A stretch of DNA of 43,914 bases, taken from Candidatus Thermofontivivens primus (lineage in GTDB: Bacteria > Sysuimicrobiota > Sysuimicrobiia > Sysuimicrobiales > Thermofontiviventaceae). Both the position numbers and the translations under genes were made by a program. The notes below the pieces were generated by a model. That model made no database searches and was not told where the DNA came from. It was given only the letters and a program-made list of their open reading frames with translations. The DNA lies in NCBI GenBank assembly GCA_031458695.1, contig JAVKJW010000019.1:1-43914 (forward strand). The letters run 5' to 3'. Positions 25,160 through 33,888 of the stretch are shown here, one piece after another. Positions within the stretch are counted from its first letter, which is position 1. Every line of letters starts with the position of its first letter.

Positions 25160-25624
25160 ATGGGGAAAATCGTGCACACCGCGCGGGTCAAGATCTACCA
25201 GGACAAACGGCCCCAGCGCCGTGCCTACATTGCGGACTTTCCCGAACCTGTGCGCTTCGGGGTTCATGGAGGGATCCAAGAGTTCTACAAGATCAAGCCC
25301 GAGGTAGAGCTCCCTGCGACCCTGGACTATATGGTCGCTGCCATCGCCGGCTGACTGACGGGGACGCTGGCTGGCGCGCTGGAAGCGCGCGGGATCCCAA
25401 GTTACCCAGAGAAGTTGTGGAGCGAGGCCGAGGGGGACATCGAAGCTTCAGGAGGTGTGATGAAGATCACCCGCATCCGCGTGCGCTACCACCTACGCAT
25501 TCCCACGGGCAAGCGGGCGGAGGCGGAGCGGGCGCTACAGGTGTTTGAGCGTGGGTGTCCAGCGGCGCAGAGCGTGAAGGGGTGCATCGCCATCGTGCAC
25601 ACGGCGGAGATCGTGGAGGAGTAG
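25160..25624 (+). CDS. OsmC/Ohr family protein with an in-frame TGA at codon 65; probable selenoprotein (154 aa)
   Basis: ORFs 25160-25354 and 25415-25624 are in the same frame and separated only by TGA 25352-25354. Read-through gives ...DYMVAAIAG-U-LTGTLAGALEARGI...ERGCPAAQSV, the OsmC two-cysteine architecture. SD GGAGGTGGAGG. Confidence 0.85.
25355..25398 (+). other. Candidate bacterial SECIS element
   Basis: Stem GCGCGCT (25374-25380), loop GGA, stem AGCGCGC (25384-25390). The apical loop starts 26 nt after the UGA. A possible lower GGGA/TCCC pairing extends it. Confidence 0.65.
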
Positions 25625-25682
25625 GAAGTGGAGTGATGTCGCGTGGAGCAAACACCTCGTGGAAAAACTGGAATCCGTTGGG

Positions 25683-25738
25683 TTGACAGCAATGCAAGAG
25701 GATCGTATACTGTTCCCAAATGGAGGAAAAGGTTTTCC
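25683..25738 (+). promoter_or_regulatory. Promoter and LacI-type operator of the catabolic operon
   Basis: TTGACA (25683-25688), 17 bp, TATACT (25706-25711), ATG at 25720. Palindrome GGAAAA-GG-TTTTCC at 25725-25738. Confidence 0.75.
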
Positions 25739-26835
25739 GGAAATCCTTTTCAACTCCCACGATCTTGGACGTCGCCCACGCGGCAGGCGTTTCTCCCGCT
25801 ACGGTCTCCCGCGTCCTGAACAGCACCCACCCCGTGAGCGCGCAGACCCGTGAAAAGGTCCTCAAGGCGGTCAAAACCCTTCGATATTACCCGAATGCCC
25901 TCGCCCGTAGCCTCCTCAAACGACACACGGCGATCCTTGGGGTGCTCATCCCCGACGTCTCTAACCCCTACTATTCTGTGATCCTGCGTGGGATCGAGGA
26001 TGAAGCTCGCCTCCACGGGTATTCTGTGCTCGTATGCAATACGGACCGAGATCCCTCACGCCTGGTCCAGTACCTGCGGACCCTCCAGGAGCGTAGAGCC
26101 GATGGAGCCATCGTCACAGGAGGGCAGATGGACAAGGCTTCCATTGGCCTCCTCAGGGAGACGGGGATGCCCGTTGTCACAATCGGCCGACACCACGCTT
26201 CCCTCCCTTCAGTCCAGGTGGACAACATCGCTGCCGCGTTCAAGGCAACACAGTATCTCATCTCCCTCGGGCATCGTCTCATCGCCACCATCACAGGCCC
26301 AGCGGGATCACCCACTTCCGCAGACCGACTCGAAGGATACCGGAGGGCCCTCTCGGAAGCGGGGATCCCCCTCAGACCGGAGTACATCGTAGAAGGAGGC
26401 TTCCTCGCCGAAGGAGGCTATAAAGGAACCAAGCACCTCTTCACCCTGCCCTCTCCCCCTACTGCAATCCTGGCTGGAAACGATCGGATGGCCTTCGGGG
26501 CCATCCGTGCCCTCCACGAGATGGGCTTGCGGGTCCCGGAGGATGTCTCTATTGTCGGGTTCGATGATACCCTGGTCGCCCAGTACATGGTTCCCGCCCT
26601 CACCACCGTGGCGATCCCTATGTATGAACTGGGAAGGAGGGCTGCCTCCATCCTTTTCACCCGTTTACAAAGGAAAAGAGCACCGATGGTCGTCGTGTTA
26701 CCCACCGAACTGCGGATCCGGGAGTCCACAGGTCCGCCAGCTACGGTGCGGAAGAGAATAAGGAAACGGTCATCAGGAATGCAGGAAATCACTCTCAAGG
26801 AGGGACCTTATGTCCAACCAGCACGAACATCTTAA
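25720..26835 (+). CDS. LacI/GalR family transcriptional regulator
   Basis: TILDVAHAAGVSPATVSRVLN, YYPNALARSL and VPEDVSIVGFDD...PALTTV. Confidence 0.95.
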   Translation: MEEKVFRKSFSTPTILDVAHAAGVSPATVSRVLNSTHPVSAQTREKVLKAVKTLRYYPNALARSLLKRHTAILGVLIPDVSNPYYSVILRGIEDEARLHGYSVLVCNTDRDPSRLVQYLRTLQERRADGAIVTGGQMDKASIGLLRETGMPVVTIGRHHASLPSVQVDNIAAAFKATQYLISLGHRLIATITGPAGSPTSADRLEGYRRALSEAGIPLRPEYIVEGGFLAEGGYKGTKHLFTLPSPPTAILAGNDRMAFGAIRALHEMGLRVPEDVSIVGFDDTLVAQYMVPALTTVAIPMYELGRRAASILFTRLQRKRAPMVVVLPTELRIRESTGPPATVRKRIRKRSSGMQEITLKEGPYVQPARTS

Positions 26836-27682
26836 CATCCTCGACCTCTCGTTTGTGGACATCGCGCGGAAGGTCAAGGAAGAAGGCGTAGATGTGATCC
26901 TTATTCCTATCGGCTCCTGTGAGAAGCATGGACCGCACCTCCCACTAGGGGTCGATAGCTACATTACCATCGCTGTGGTGGAGCGTGCCGCCCGCAGGAG
27001 CAACGTGTTTTACACCCCGCTCATGCCCTTTGGCTACTCCCCGCACCATATGGGCGAGTGCGACCAGGGAACGGGTACCGTGACATTGTCCGCTCGTACC
27101 TTTCGGGCGGTCCTTTACGACATTGCTCGGAGCTTGATCTTCCATGGATTCAACAAGCTCATCTACGTCTCCCACCACGGCTCTAACACCAAGCCCATCG
27201 ATGAGGTAACACGCCGCATTCGGTACGAGACAGGGGCGTTCGTTGCCTGGTACAAGACTCCTACGGAGCGTGAGCTCAATGTGCTGGCAGATATCCTCGA
27301 GGGTCCCCCGGAGGAGACCCCGGGGTGGCACTCGGGAGAGTTGGAAACTTCCACGACTCTTGCGCTTCGCCCGGATACCGTGGTCATGGAGCGCGCCAAG
27401 CAGGACCGCGCCCACGCCCCGAGGTGGCTGGGACCTGCGTTCTCCAAGAAAGATGGCACGGGGACGGTGATCTTCCAAGGAAGCGAGAACATCTGGATCC
27501 CCATGGAGCACCACGAGTACAGCGACATTGCCATTATCGGAAATCCCTTCCGTGCCTCGGCAGAGAAGGGGCATCGCATCATTGAGCGCATGGCTGAACA
27601 CCTTTCTGCGTTCGTGGAAGAGGTCAAGCGCATTGAGGTGAAGGTGAACCGGGAGAAGCGGGAGTTCCCAGAAAGAGCATAA
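26810..27682 (+). CDS. Creatininase-family metal-dependent hydrolase
   Basis: PIGSCEKHGPHLPLGVD, GYSPHH, SHHGSN, HSGELETS and G.P..ASAEKG. Confidence 0.9.
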   Translation: MSNQHEHLNILDLSFVDIARKVKEEGVDVILIPIGSCEKHGPHLPLGVDSYITIAVVERAARRSNVFYTPLMPFGYSPHHMGECDQGTGTVTLSARTFRAVLYDIARSLIFHGFNKLIYVSHHGSNTKPIDEVTRRIRYETGAFVAWYKTPTERELNVLADILEGPPEETPGWHSGELETSTTLALRPDTVVMERAKQDRAHAPRWLGPAFSKKDGTGTVIFQGSENIWIPMEHHEYSDIAIIGNPFRASAEKGHRIIERMAEHLSAFVEEVKRIEVKVNREKREFPERA

Positions 27683-27702
27683 GTTTCAGCCTCAGGGATG
27701 AG

Positions 27703-28947
27703 ATGCCTGGTGCCCAGGGAATTGCCATCATAGCGACCCTCGATACGAAGGGGCCGGAGGTCCGGTTTCTCGTGGGGGAGGTCCACATGCGTGGTCACCT
27801 GCCTGTCGTCGTGGATGTGAGCCTCCTGCCACATCGCGAGGAGATTCCTGCGGGATCTTGCACCTTGGTGCCACGGGAGGTGATCGCCCGCCGCGCGGGA
27901 GTAGACCCAAAGGGGCTTCCCCGGATGCCGAGGGCGGAAGCGATTGAGGTGATGGGGAATGCGGCAGGATCTCTCCTGCGGGAACTCTGGGCTGCAGGAC
28001 GGATCACTGGTGCGCTGGGAATCGGCGGGAACCAGGGGATGGCGCTGGCTTCCATCGCCATGCGCCACCTCCCGCTGGGAACCCCGCGCCTCATCGTCTC
28101 CACCGTAGCTTCCGGGAACCTCCGGCCGTATCTCCAGCATCACGACATTGCTGTTCTGTTCCCTCTCGCTGACCTCGCGATGGGCCCGAGCTGCGTGACT
28201 CTGCCCATCTTGAGGCGCGCCGCTGCAGCGATTTGCGCGATGGTGGAGAGCTTCCTGCCGTTGAAAAGAGGAGACCGTCCAGCGATTGCCCTCACGGCGC
28301 TAGGAAACACGCACCCGGTCATTGCAGAAGCAGCCCGCCTCCTGAAGGACCGGGGAATGGAGCCGGTGGTGTTTCACGCTTCTGGGGCATGCGGGTCTGC
28401 CATGGAGGAGCTCGTGGAGGCAGGGATATTTGCTGGTGTCCTGGACCTCACACCCCACGAGCTCATCGGGGAAGTTTTCGGAGAGGACATTTACACCCCT
28501 ACGCGTGCGGGCCGCCTCCTGGGCGGGGCAGGCCGTGTTCCAAGGGTGGTGGCTCCGGGAGGGCTAGAGTACTTTGTGTTTGGCCCGCTGGAGTCGATCC
28601 CTCCGCGCTTCCGCGGACGACCCACCTACATGCACAACCCCTTCAACGCGAACGTCCAAGCAACGCGAGAGGAGATGGCCATCCTCGGCGAGGAGGTGGC
28701 CAAGCGCCTCAACGCAAACGGGAACCGCGCTGCCTTTCTCCTCCCCTTGCGCGGATGGACGGTGGTGGCCGGTCCCGGCGGCCCTCTCTATGACCCGGAA
28801 GGGAACGCAGCCTTTGCCCAGGCCCTGCGCGCACATCTCAATCCGGAAGTTCGCCTCGTGGAGGTGGATTTAGAACTGAATGACCCCCGTTGCGCGGAGA
28901 TTGCGGTGTCCCTGCTGGAGGAGCTGATGGGAGTATCCCTCCAGTGA
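27703..28947 (+). CDS. Tm-1-like ATP-binding domain protein (UPF0261)
   Basis: IATLDTKGPE, LPLGTPRLIVSTVASG, VFHASGACG.AME, VLDLTPHEL and HNP. Confidence 0.88.
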   Translation: MPGAQGIAIIATLDTKGPEVRFLVGEVHMRGHLPVVVDVSLLPHREEIPAGSCTLVPREVIARRAGVDPKGLPRMPRAEAIEVMGNAAGSLLRELWAAGRITGALGIGGNQGMALASIAMRHLPLGTPRLIVSTVASGNLRPYLQHHDIAVLFPLADLAMGPSCVTLPILRRAAAAICAMVESFLPLKRGDRPAIALTALGNTHPVIAEAARLLKDRGMEPVVFHASGACGSAMEELVEAGIFAGVLDLTPHELIGEVFGEDIYTPTRAGRLLGGAGRVPRVVAPGGLEYFVFGPLESIPPRFRGRPTYMHNPFNANVQATREEMAILGEEVAKRLNANGNRAAFLLPLRGWTVVAGPGGPLYDPEGNAAFAQALRAHLNPEVRLVEVDLELNDPRCAEIAVSLLEELMGVSLQ

Positions 28948-28954
28948 AATCAGG

Positions 28955-28990
28955 GCCCCTGCGAAATCTTGTCACAAGATTTCCTGGGGC
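28955..28990. repeat. Palindromic intergenic repeat (same family as clusters A and B)
   Basis: GCCCCTGCGAAATCTTGT-C-ACAAGATTTCCTGGGGC. Confidence 0.6.
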
Positions 28991-29047
28991 GAGAGGGTGC
29001 CGAGAATTTGTCGAGGCGGGTCCCCGCCTATCGAGGAGGTAGAAGCC

Positions 29048-30133
29048 ATGGCTGTCGAGATCGAAAAAGTTCCTCAAACCATGCGGGCAGCGGTATTGTT
29101 TGGCCCCCAGGACATTCGCGTCGTAGAAAAACCTGTGCCCAGGCCCGGTCCTGGGGAGGTCCTCGTGAAGGTGGCCGCTTGTGCTATTTGCGGGACCGAC
29201 CTGAAGATCCTGGCCCATCCTGATTTCCTCCACTCTCCCCGCCTGGGGGAGTTCACGCCTGGACACGAGTACTCGGGAACGGTTGTGGCGGTAGGGGAAA
29301 CGGTCGATGAGTTTCATATCGGCGACCGGGTAGCGGTAGAAGCCCACAAGGGGTGTGGCCGGTGTGAGAACTGCGTCATGGGCTTGTACACGGCATGCCT
29401 CAACTATGGCAACGTGGCCAAAGGGCACCGTACTGTGGGGATGACTGTAGACGGGGGATTTGCGGAATATGTGATCAACCATGTAAATACCCTGTACAAG
29501 ATCCCAGACAACATCTCCTTTGCTGAGGCGACGCTCGTAACCACGGCGGGCACGCCTATCTACGCCATTGATCAGAGCGGGAGCCTCGTCGCAGGCGAGA
29601 CGGTAGCTATCCTAGGTCCCGGACCCATCGGCCTCATGGCTGTCCAGGTGTGTCGAGCCATGGGCGCTGATACCATCTTCCTCACCGGGACCCGCCCAAG
29701 CCGGTTGGAGCTGGGCAAACAGATGGGGGCCGATGTGACGATCAACGTCCGGGAGAGCGATCCTGTAGAAGTCGTCATGGACTATACGCGTGGTCGTGGG
29801 GTCGATCTCGTGCTGGAGTGTGCTGGCGGGCCTGACTCTCCCGATCAGGCTGTCCGGATGGCAAAGCGCGGGGGAAAAGTAGTCTTCGTGGCCTACTACA
29901 AGGGACCGGTGACCCTTGACCTGAACGTACCTGTGCGGAACAACGTACAGATGTACACGATCCGGGGAGAAGGGAGGCGAGCCTGCGCCCGGGCCCTTTC
30001 GATGATGAGCCGGGGTCTGATCCACGCCGCCCCCTTCATCACCCACAGGTTCCCCCTTGAGGCCATCGGGGAGGCTCTGCGCACTTTCGCCGAGGACCGG
30101 GACAGGGCGATTAAGGTCGTTGTGGAGCCCTAG
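29048..30133 (+). CDS. Zinc-dependent medium-chain dehydrogenase (polyol/threonine dehydrogenase-like)
   Basis: CAICGTD, GHEYSG, structural Zn C-x2-C-x2-C-x7-C (CGRCENC...C) and GPGPIG. Confidence 0.92.
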   Translation: MAVEIEKVPQTMRAAVLFGPQDIRVVEKPVPRPGPGEVLVKVAACAICGTDLKILAHPDFLHSPRLGEFTPGHEYSGTVVAVGETVDEFHIGDRVAVEAHKGCGRCENCVMGLYTACLNYGNVAKGHRTVGMTVDGGFAEYVINHVNTLYKIPDNISFAEATLVTTAGTPIYAIDQSGSLVAGETVAILGPGPIGLMAVQVCRAMGADTIFLTGTRPSRLELGKQMGADVTINVRESDPVEVVMDYTRGRGVDLVLECAGGPDSPDQAVRMAKRGGKVVFVAYYKGPVTLDLNVPVRNNVQMYTIRGEGRRACARALSMMSRGLIHAAPFITHRFPLEAIGEALRTFAEDRDRAIKVVVEP

Positions 30134-30171
30134 CTCGTCTCAAAAATTCGCAAACCGAAGTTTGGGGGACC
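30133..30171. repeat. Degenerate palindromic repeat related to 33828-33877 (inverted)
   Basis: AGCTCGTCTCAAAAATTCGCAAACCGAAGTTTGGGGG versus the reverse complement of the 33.8 kb element, AGCTCGCATCCCCAAACATTCGTAAAGCGATTCTTTGGGG. Confidence 0.5.
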
Positions 30172-30199
30172 CGGTGCCACGTTCGGAGGAGGAAGGGCC

Positions 30200-30808
30200 A
30201 TGTCAGAAACCTCTGAGGACCGCAAGAAGATCCTTCGGGAGGAGATTGCCCGCGTCTGCCACATCTGCTATAGCCGGGGATTTGTCGCTGGGGCGGGAGG
30301 GAACGTGAGCGCGCGCCTCCCGGAGAGCGATCTGATCCTCATCACGGCAACTGGCGTCTCTCTTCGCGATGCAGGACCTGAGGATATCGTGGCCATCGGA
30401 CTCGACGGCTCCCTCCGTGAGGGGCAAAAGAAGCCTTCCAAGGAAGTGCCCTTCCACACAGAGATCTACCGCAGGCGCCCGGACATCCACGCCGTGCTCC
30501 ACTTACACCCTCCCTTCGCTACGACGTTCGCCGTCCTCAGGCGACCCCTGCCCATGGTGACCATCACTGCGGAGGTGATCCTGAAGGAGGTTCCCCTCGT
30601 CCCCCGGGCGCCGTCTGGCACGCGGGAGCTCGGAGAGCTCGTCGGCCGGTACGTGGAAGAACACCCCAGCGCAAAGGCTTTCCTGCTCGCAGACCATGGG
30701 ATCGTGGCGATGGGCCCGGATCTCACCGGGGCTCTGAACATCGCTGACCTCGTGGAGGACACTGCGAAAGTCGCTTGGCTCACCCAAATCTTCAAATCGC
30801 AAGGATAA
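30200..30808 (+). CDS. Class II aldolase/adducin family protein (FucA/AraD-like)
   Basis: GGNVSAR, KPSKEVPFH.EIY, AVLHLHP and LLADHG. Confidence 0.92.
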   Translation: MSETSEDRKKILREEIARVCHICYSRGFVAGAGGNVSARLPESDLILITATGVSLRDAGPEDIVAIGLDGSLREGQKKPSKEVPFHTEIYRRRPDIHAVLHLHPPFATTFAVLRRPLPMVTITAEVILKEVPLVPRAPSGTRELGELVGRYVEEHPSAKAFLLADHGIVAMGPDLTGALNIADLVEDTAKVAWLTQIFKSQG

Positions 30809-30824
30809 AGGGGGGAGGTTCGCC

Positions 30825-31805
30825 GTGCGACGTCTACTGGGTTTGATCTGCATGCTCGCGATGATCATCTCGGGGGCGGGCGCCGTGCTCGCCCAGACAC
30901 GGTTGACGATTGTAGGAGGCGTGGTCGGGGGCGCAGGATACATGCAGGCGCTTGGTCTCAACCAAGTCCTCCTGGATTACCTCAAAGGGGTGGTCATCCC
31001 CACGGTCCAGGGGACGCCCGGCTACGTGGCGAATGCGAAAAGGCTCTACGAGGGCCTCGCGGACATCGGCGTGGTGGTCACCGTAGACGGCTACGAGATC
31101 CTGAACAGGCAGGGGGAGTTCCAGGAGGTCAAGCACGCTCCCCTGCAGATGTACCCTACCCTCCCGCCCCTGTACGTCCACTTCATCGTCCGCAAGAACT
31201 CCCCAATCCAGGGGTTTAAGGATCTCGATGGGAAACGCATCAACCTCCTGACGAGAGGATCCCTGGCGGAGAAGGTCGGGCGCCAGCTCCTCGTGGCGCT
31301 GCGCATCAAACCTGCCAAGATCTACAACTATCCTCACGGGGAAGCCGCCAGCGCCCTGGCGAGTGGCACTGTGGACGTCGTCGTCGCCGGCGGTGTCGCT
31401 CCCAACTACGCCGAGGTATCGCTGCGGGAGCCCCTCCGGGTCCTCTCCCTCACCGAGGAGGAGATCGCCCTCGTCAGGGAACGGATCCCCCTCATCCCGA
31501 TCGAGGAGGTGGACTTCAGCGAATTTTACAAGGGCGCGGAAAAGGCCAAGGTCCTTGCTCCCTGGGCAGTCATGGCTGCCCGTCATACCTTGGATGCGAA
31601 CCTCGTATACCAGATCACCAAGGCCGTGTTCGACCACTACGATGAGGTGGAAAAGATCTACAAACCGGCGAGCGGGCTGACGCCCAGGATGGTCCTGCAA
31701 ACTGGATACCCCGTGCATCCGGGAGCGGCGCGCTTCTACCGGGAGAAAGGCGTGCGATTGCCCCAGGCGATGCAACCGCCAGACTGGCTGTATAAAAAGA
31801 GATAG
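30825..31805 (+). CDS. TAXI family TRAP transporter solute-binding protein
   Basis: Signal peptide, TPGYVAN, HFIVRKNSPI..FKDLDGKR, LVYQITKAVFD and PVHPGAARFYRE. Confidence 0.88.
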   Translation: MRRLLGLICMLAMIISGAGAVLAQTRLTIVGGVVGGAGYMQALGLNQVLLDYLKGVVIPTVQGTPGYVANAKRLYEGLADIGVVVTVDGYEILNRQGEFQEVKHAPLQMYPTLPPLYVHFIVRKNSPIQGFKDLDGKRINLLTRGSLAEKVGRQLLVALRIKPAKIYNYPHGEAASALASGTVDVVVAGGVAPNYAEVSLREPLRVLSLTEEEIALVRERIPLIPIEEVDFSEFYKGAEKAKVLAPWAVMAARHTLDANLVYQITKAVFDHYDEVEKIYKPASGLTPRMVLQTGYPVHPGAARFYREKGVRLPQAMQPPDWLYKKR

Positions 31806-31844
31806 GTCGGCAAGTTGACAGGTTACAGGTAGACAGAGTGCCAA

Positions 31845-33746
31845 GTGCGAGGTCTCAGGTTTAACCCACAACTCCTGAGGGCGGCCTATGGTGTCGTAGC
31901 CATCCTGTTCTCCCTCACGTTCCTGTATGCGGCGTGGCAGGGAGGGCTGGACCTCTTCCTCCAGCGTAGCCTGTTCGTTTTGTTCGCCCTGGTCCTGATC
32001 TTCCTCAGACCTCTCGCCGAAGGGAAACCGCCACGCCCTCTCGACCTGTTGCTGGCGGTCCTCACGGTCATCTCCATCGGATACATCGCCCTGTTCTACG
32101 AGCAGATCGCCTACCAAGCTGGGATCGCGAGAGGAGGGCAGCTCCTCCTGGCCGCCATTGCCGTCCTCCTGGTCCTGGAAGCCTCCCGCAGGCTCCTCGG
32201 GCTTGCCCTCCCCATCCTTGTCCTGCTGTTCATCGCCTATGCCTTCCTCGGGAGGTACATCCCCGGCGGTTGGGGGCACGCCGGGTTCAGCCTTGCAGAC
32301 ATCTTGGGCTACCTGTACACCACACCGGATGGGCTGTGGAGCCTCCCGGTAGGGGTCGCATCCACGTACATCCTGATCTTCATCCTCCTTGGCGTCTTCC
32401 TGCTGAACTCCGGGGTCTCCGACCTCTTTAACGCCCTGGCCATGCGCGTCGCCGGGACCGTCCGGGGAGGCCCCGCTCAGGTCGCCGTGATCGCCAGCAT
32501 GGCCTTTGGAACAGTCTCGGGGTCGGCCCCGGCAAATGTCGCCACGAGCGGCTCGGTGACCATCCCGTTGATGAAGCGCTTTGGCTTCCCTCCCGCGTTC
32601 GCGGCGGGTGTGGAGCTGGCCGCGTCCGCGGGCGGCCAGCTCATGCCGCCCGTCATGGGGGCGGCAGCGTTCATCATGGCCGAGCTCCTGCAGATCCCCT
32701 ACAGCAAAATCGTCATTGCAGCCATCATCCCTGCGATCTTGTACTACCTCGGGGTCGGGTCCTCCGTGTATTTTGGGTCAGGGACGCTGGGGATGCGGGG
32801 ATATTCCCGCAGGGAGCTGGCTGAGGCCCTCGGCTCTCTCGGCGAGACAGTAAAGACCCGCATCTACCTCCTGATCCCCCTCGTGCTGCTGGTTACCCTG
32901 ATTATGAGGGGATGGTACCCACCTCGAGCGGCCCTCTATACCATCGGGGCAACGATCCTCGTCAGCCTACTCAGGCCAGAGACGCGCCTTGGCCTGCGGC
33001 GCATCCTCTCTTCACTGCAGAAGGGGAGCGAGCTGACCCTGGAAGCGGCCATGGGGACGGCCTGTTCGGCATTGATCTATTCCATGATCGTGTTCACGGG
33101 GATCGGGGTCAAGTTCTCCACGTTGGTCGTCCACCTCGCTAGCGGGAACATCCTCGCCCTTCTCGGTCTCGTGGCCTTGGCCGATCTTATCCTTGGCCTC
33201 TCCCTCCCCACCACTGCCTCTTACCTCATCGCAGCTGCCACCTTAGCGCCGGCGCTCGAGAAGGTTGGGATCCCCCCACTCGCCGCCCACCTTTTCCTCT
33301 TCTACTACGCAGTCCTGGCCACGATCACGCCTCCAGAAGGGATGGCGCTGTTCACGGCGTCCGGCATCGCAGGAGCGCCCTGGATGCAGACAGGGCTTGT
33401 GGGCATGCGCCTGACCCTCTCGGGATATCTTGTCCCCTTCGCTTTCGTGTTCATGCCCCAGCTGCTCCTCCAGGGAGACTTCCTGGCAATCCTAGAGCGT
33501 GTCCTCGCGGTAGCGATCGGGGTCATCTTCCTCTCGGCAGGAATCATGGGATACCTGTTCCGCCCCCTGGCTATCTTAGAGCGGGCCGTCGCCCTCATAG
33601 GCGCCTCCCTTCTCTTCCATCCGGCATGGATCACATCGGCTATCGGTGCCCTTGCAGTCGCAGGTCTCGCGATGTACAACAGGCGCCCTGTCCTCCAAGC
33701 AAGGGGAGGCTTCAATCACCCTCCAAGTAGCCCTCGCGAAAGCTAG
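31845..33746 (+). CDS. TRAP transporter fused (4TM/12TM) permease
   Basis: GGPAQVAVIAS..FGTVSGSA.ANV..SGSVTIPLMK, ASAGGQLMPPVMGAAAFIMAE and AHLFLFYYAVLATITPP. Confidence 0.93.
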   Translation: MRGLRFNPQLLRAAYGVVAILFSLTFLYAAWQGGLDLFLQRSLFVLFALVLIFLRPLAEGKPPRPLDLLLAVLTVISIGYIALFYEQIAYQAGIARGGQLLLAAIAVLLVLEASRRLLGLALPILVLLFIAYAFLGRYIPGGWGHAGFSLADILGYLYTTPDGLWSLPVGVASTYILIFILLGVFLLNSGVSDLFNALAMRVAGTVRGGPAQVAVIASMAFGTVSGSAPANVATSGSVTIPLMKRFGFPPAFAAGVELAASAGGQLMPPVMGAAAFIMAELLQIPYSKIVIAAIIPAILYYLGVGSSVYFGSGTLGMRGYSRRELAEALGSLGETVKTRIYLLIPLVLLVTLIMRGWYPPRAALYTIGATILVSLLRPETRLGLRRILSSLQKGSELTLEAAMGTACSALIYSMIVFTGIGVKFSTLVVHLASGNILALLGLVALADLILGLSLPTTASYLIAAATLAPALEKVGIPPLAAHLFLFYYAVLATITPPEGMALFTASGIAGAPWMQTGLVGMRLTLSGYLVPFAFVFMPQLLLQGDFLAILERVLAVAIGVIFLSAGIMGYLFRPLAILERAVALIGASLLFHPAWITSAIGALAVAGLAMYNRRPVLQARGGFNHPPSSPRES

Positions 33747-33827
33747 GCTTGCTGGGTCCCTGCGAGAGGAGGCAACAAGCAAAAGATTGACAGGAAGAAT
33801 CGCATTGTTACTCTAAGGGTGGAAAGC

Positions 33828-33877
33828 GGGCTTGACCCCAAAGAATCGCTTTACGAATGTTTGGGGATGCGAGCTTG
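33828..33877. repeat. Long imperfect hairpin in the 5' leader of the methyltransferase gene (repeat-family copy)
   Basis: GGGCTTG-A-CCCCAAA...TTTGGGG-ATG-CGAGCTT abuts the SD. A promoter candidate TTGACA (33787) ... TACTCT (33809) lies upstream. Confidence 0.5.
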
Positions 33878-33888
33878 GAGGATAAGGC

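Noticed and set aside
26810..27682. Mycofactocin peptidase MftE or a RiPP cluster
   Set aside because: No radical SAM enzyme, RRE protein or precursor peptide is nearby, and the context is sugar or acid catabolism.
31815..31820. TTGACA between the TAXI and TRAP permease genes as an internal promoter
   Set aside because: No plausible -10 hexamer at 16-18 bp spacing.
33787..33880. Riboswitch (SAM or cobalamin) in the methyltransferase leader
   Set aside because: I recognised no conserved aptamer core, and the hairpin resembles the dispersed repeat at 30133-30171. An Rfam scan would settle it.
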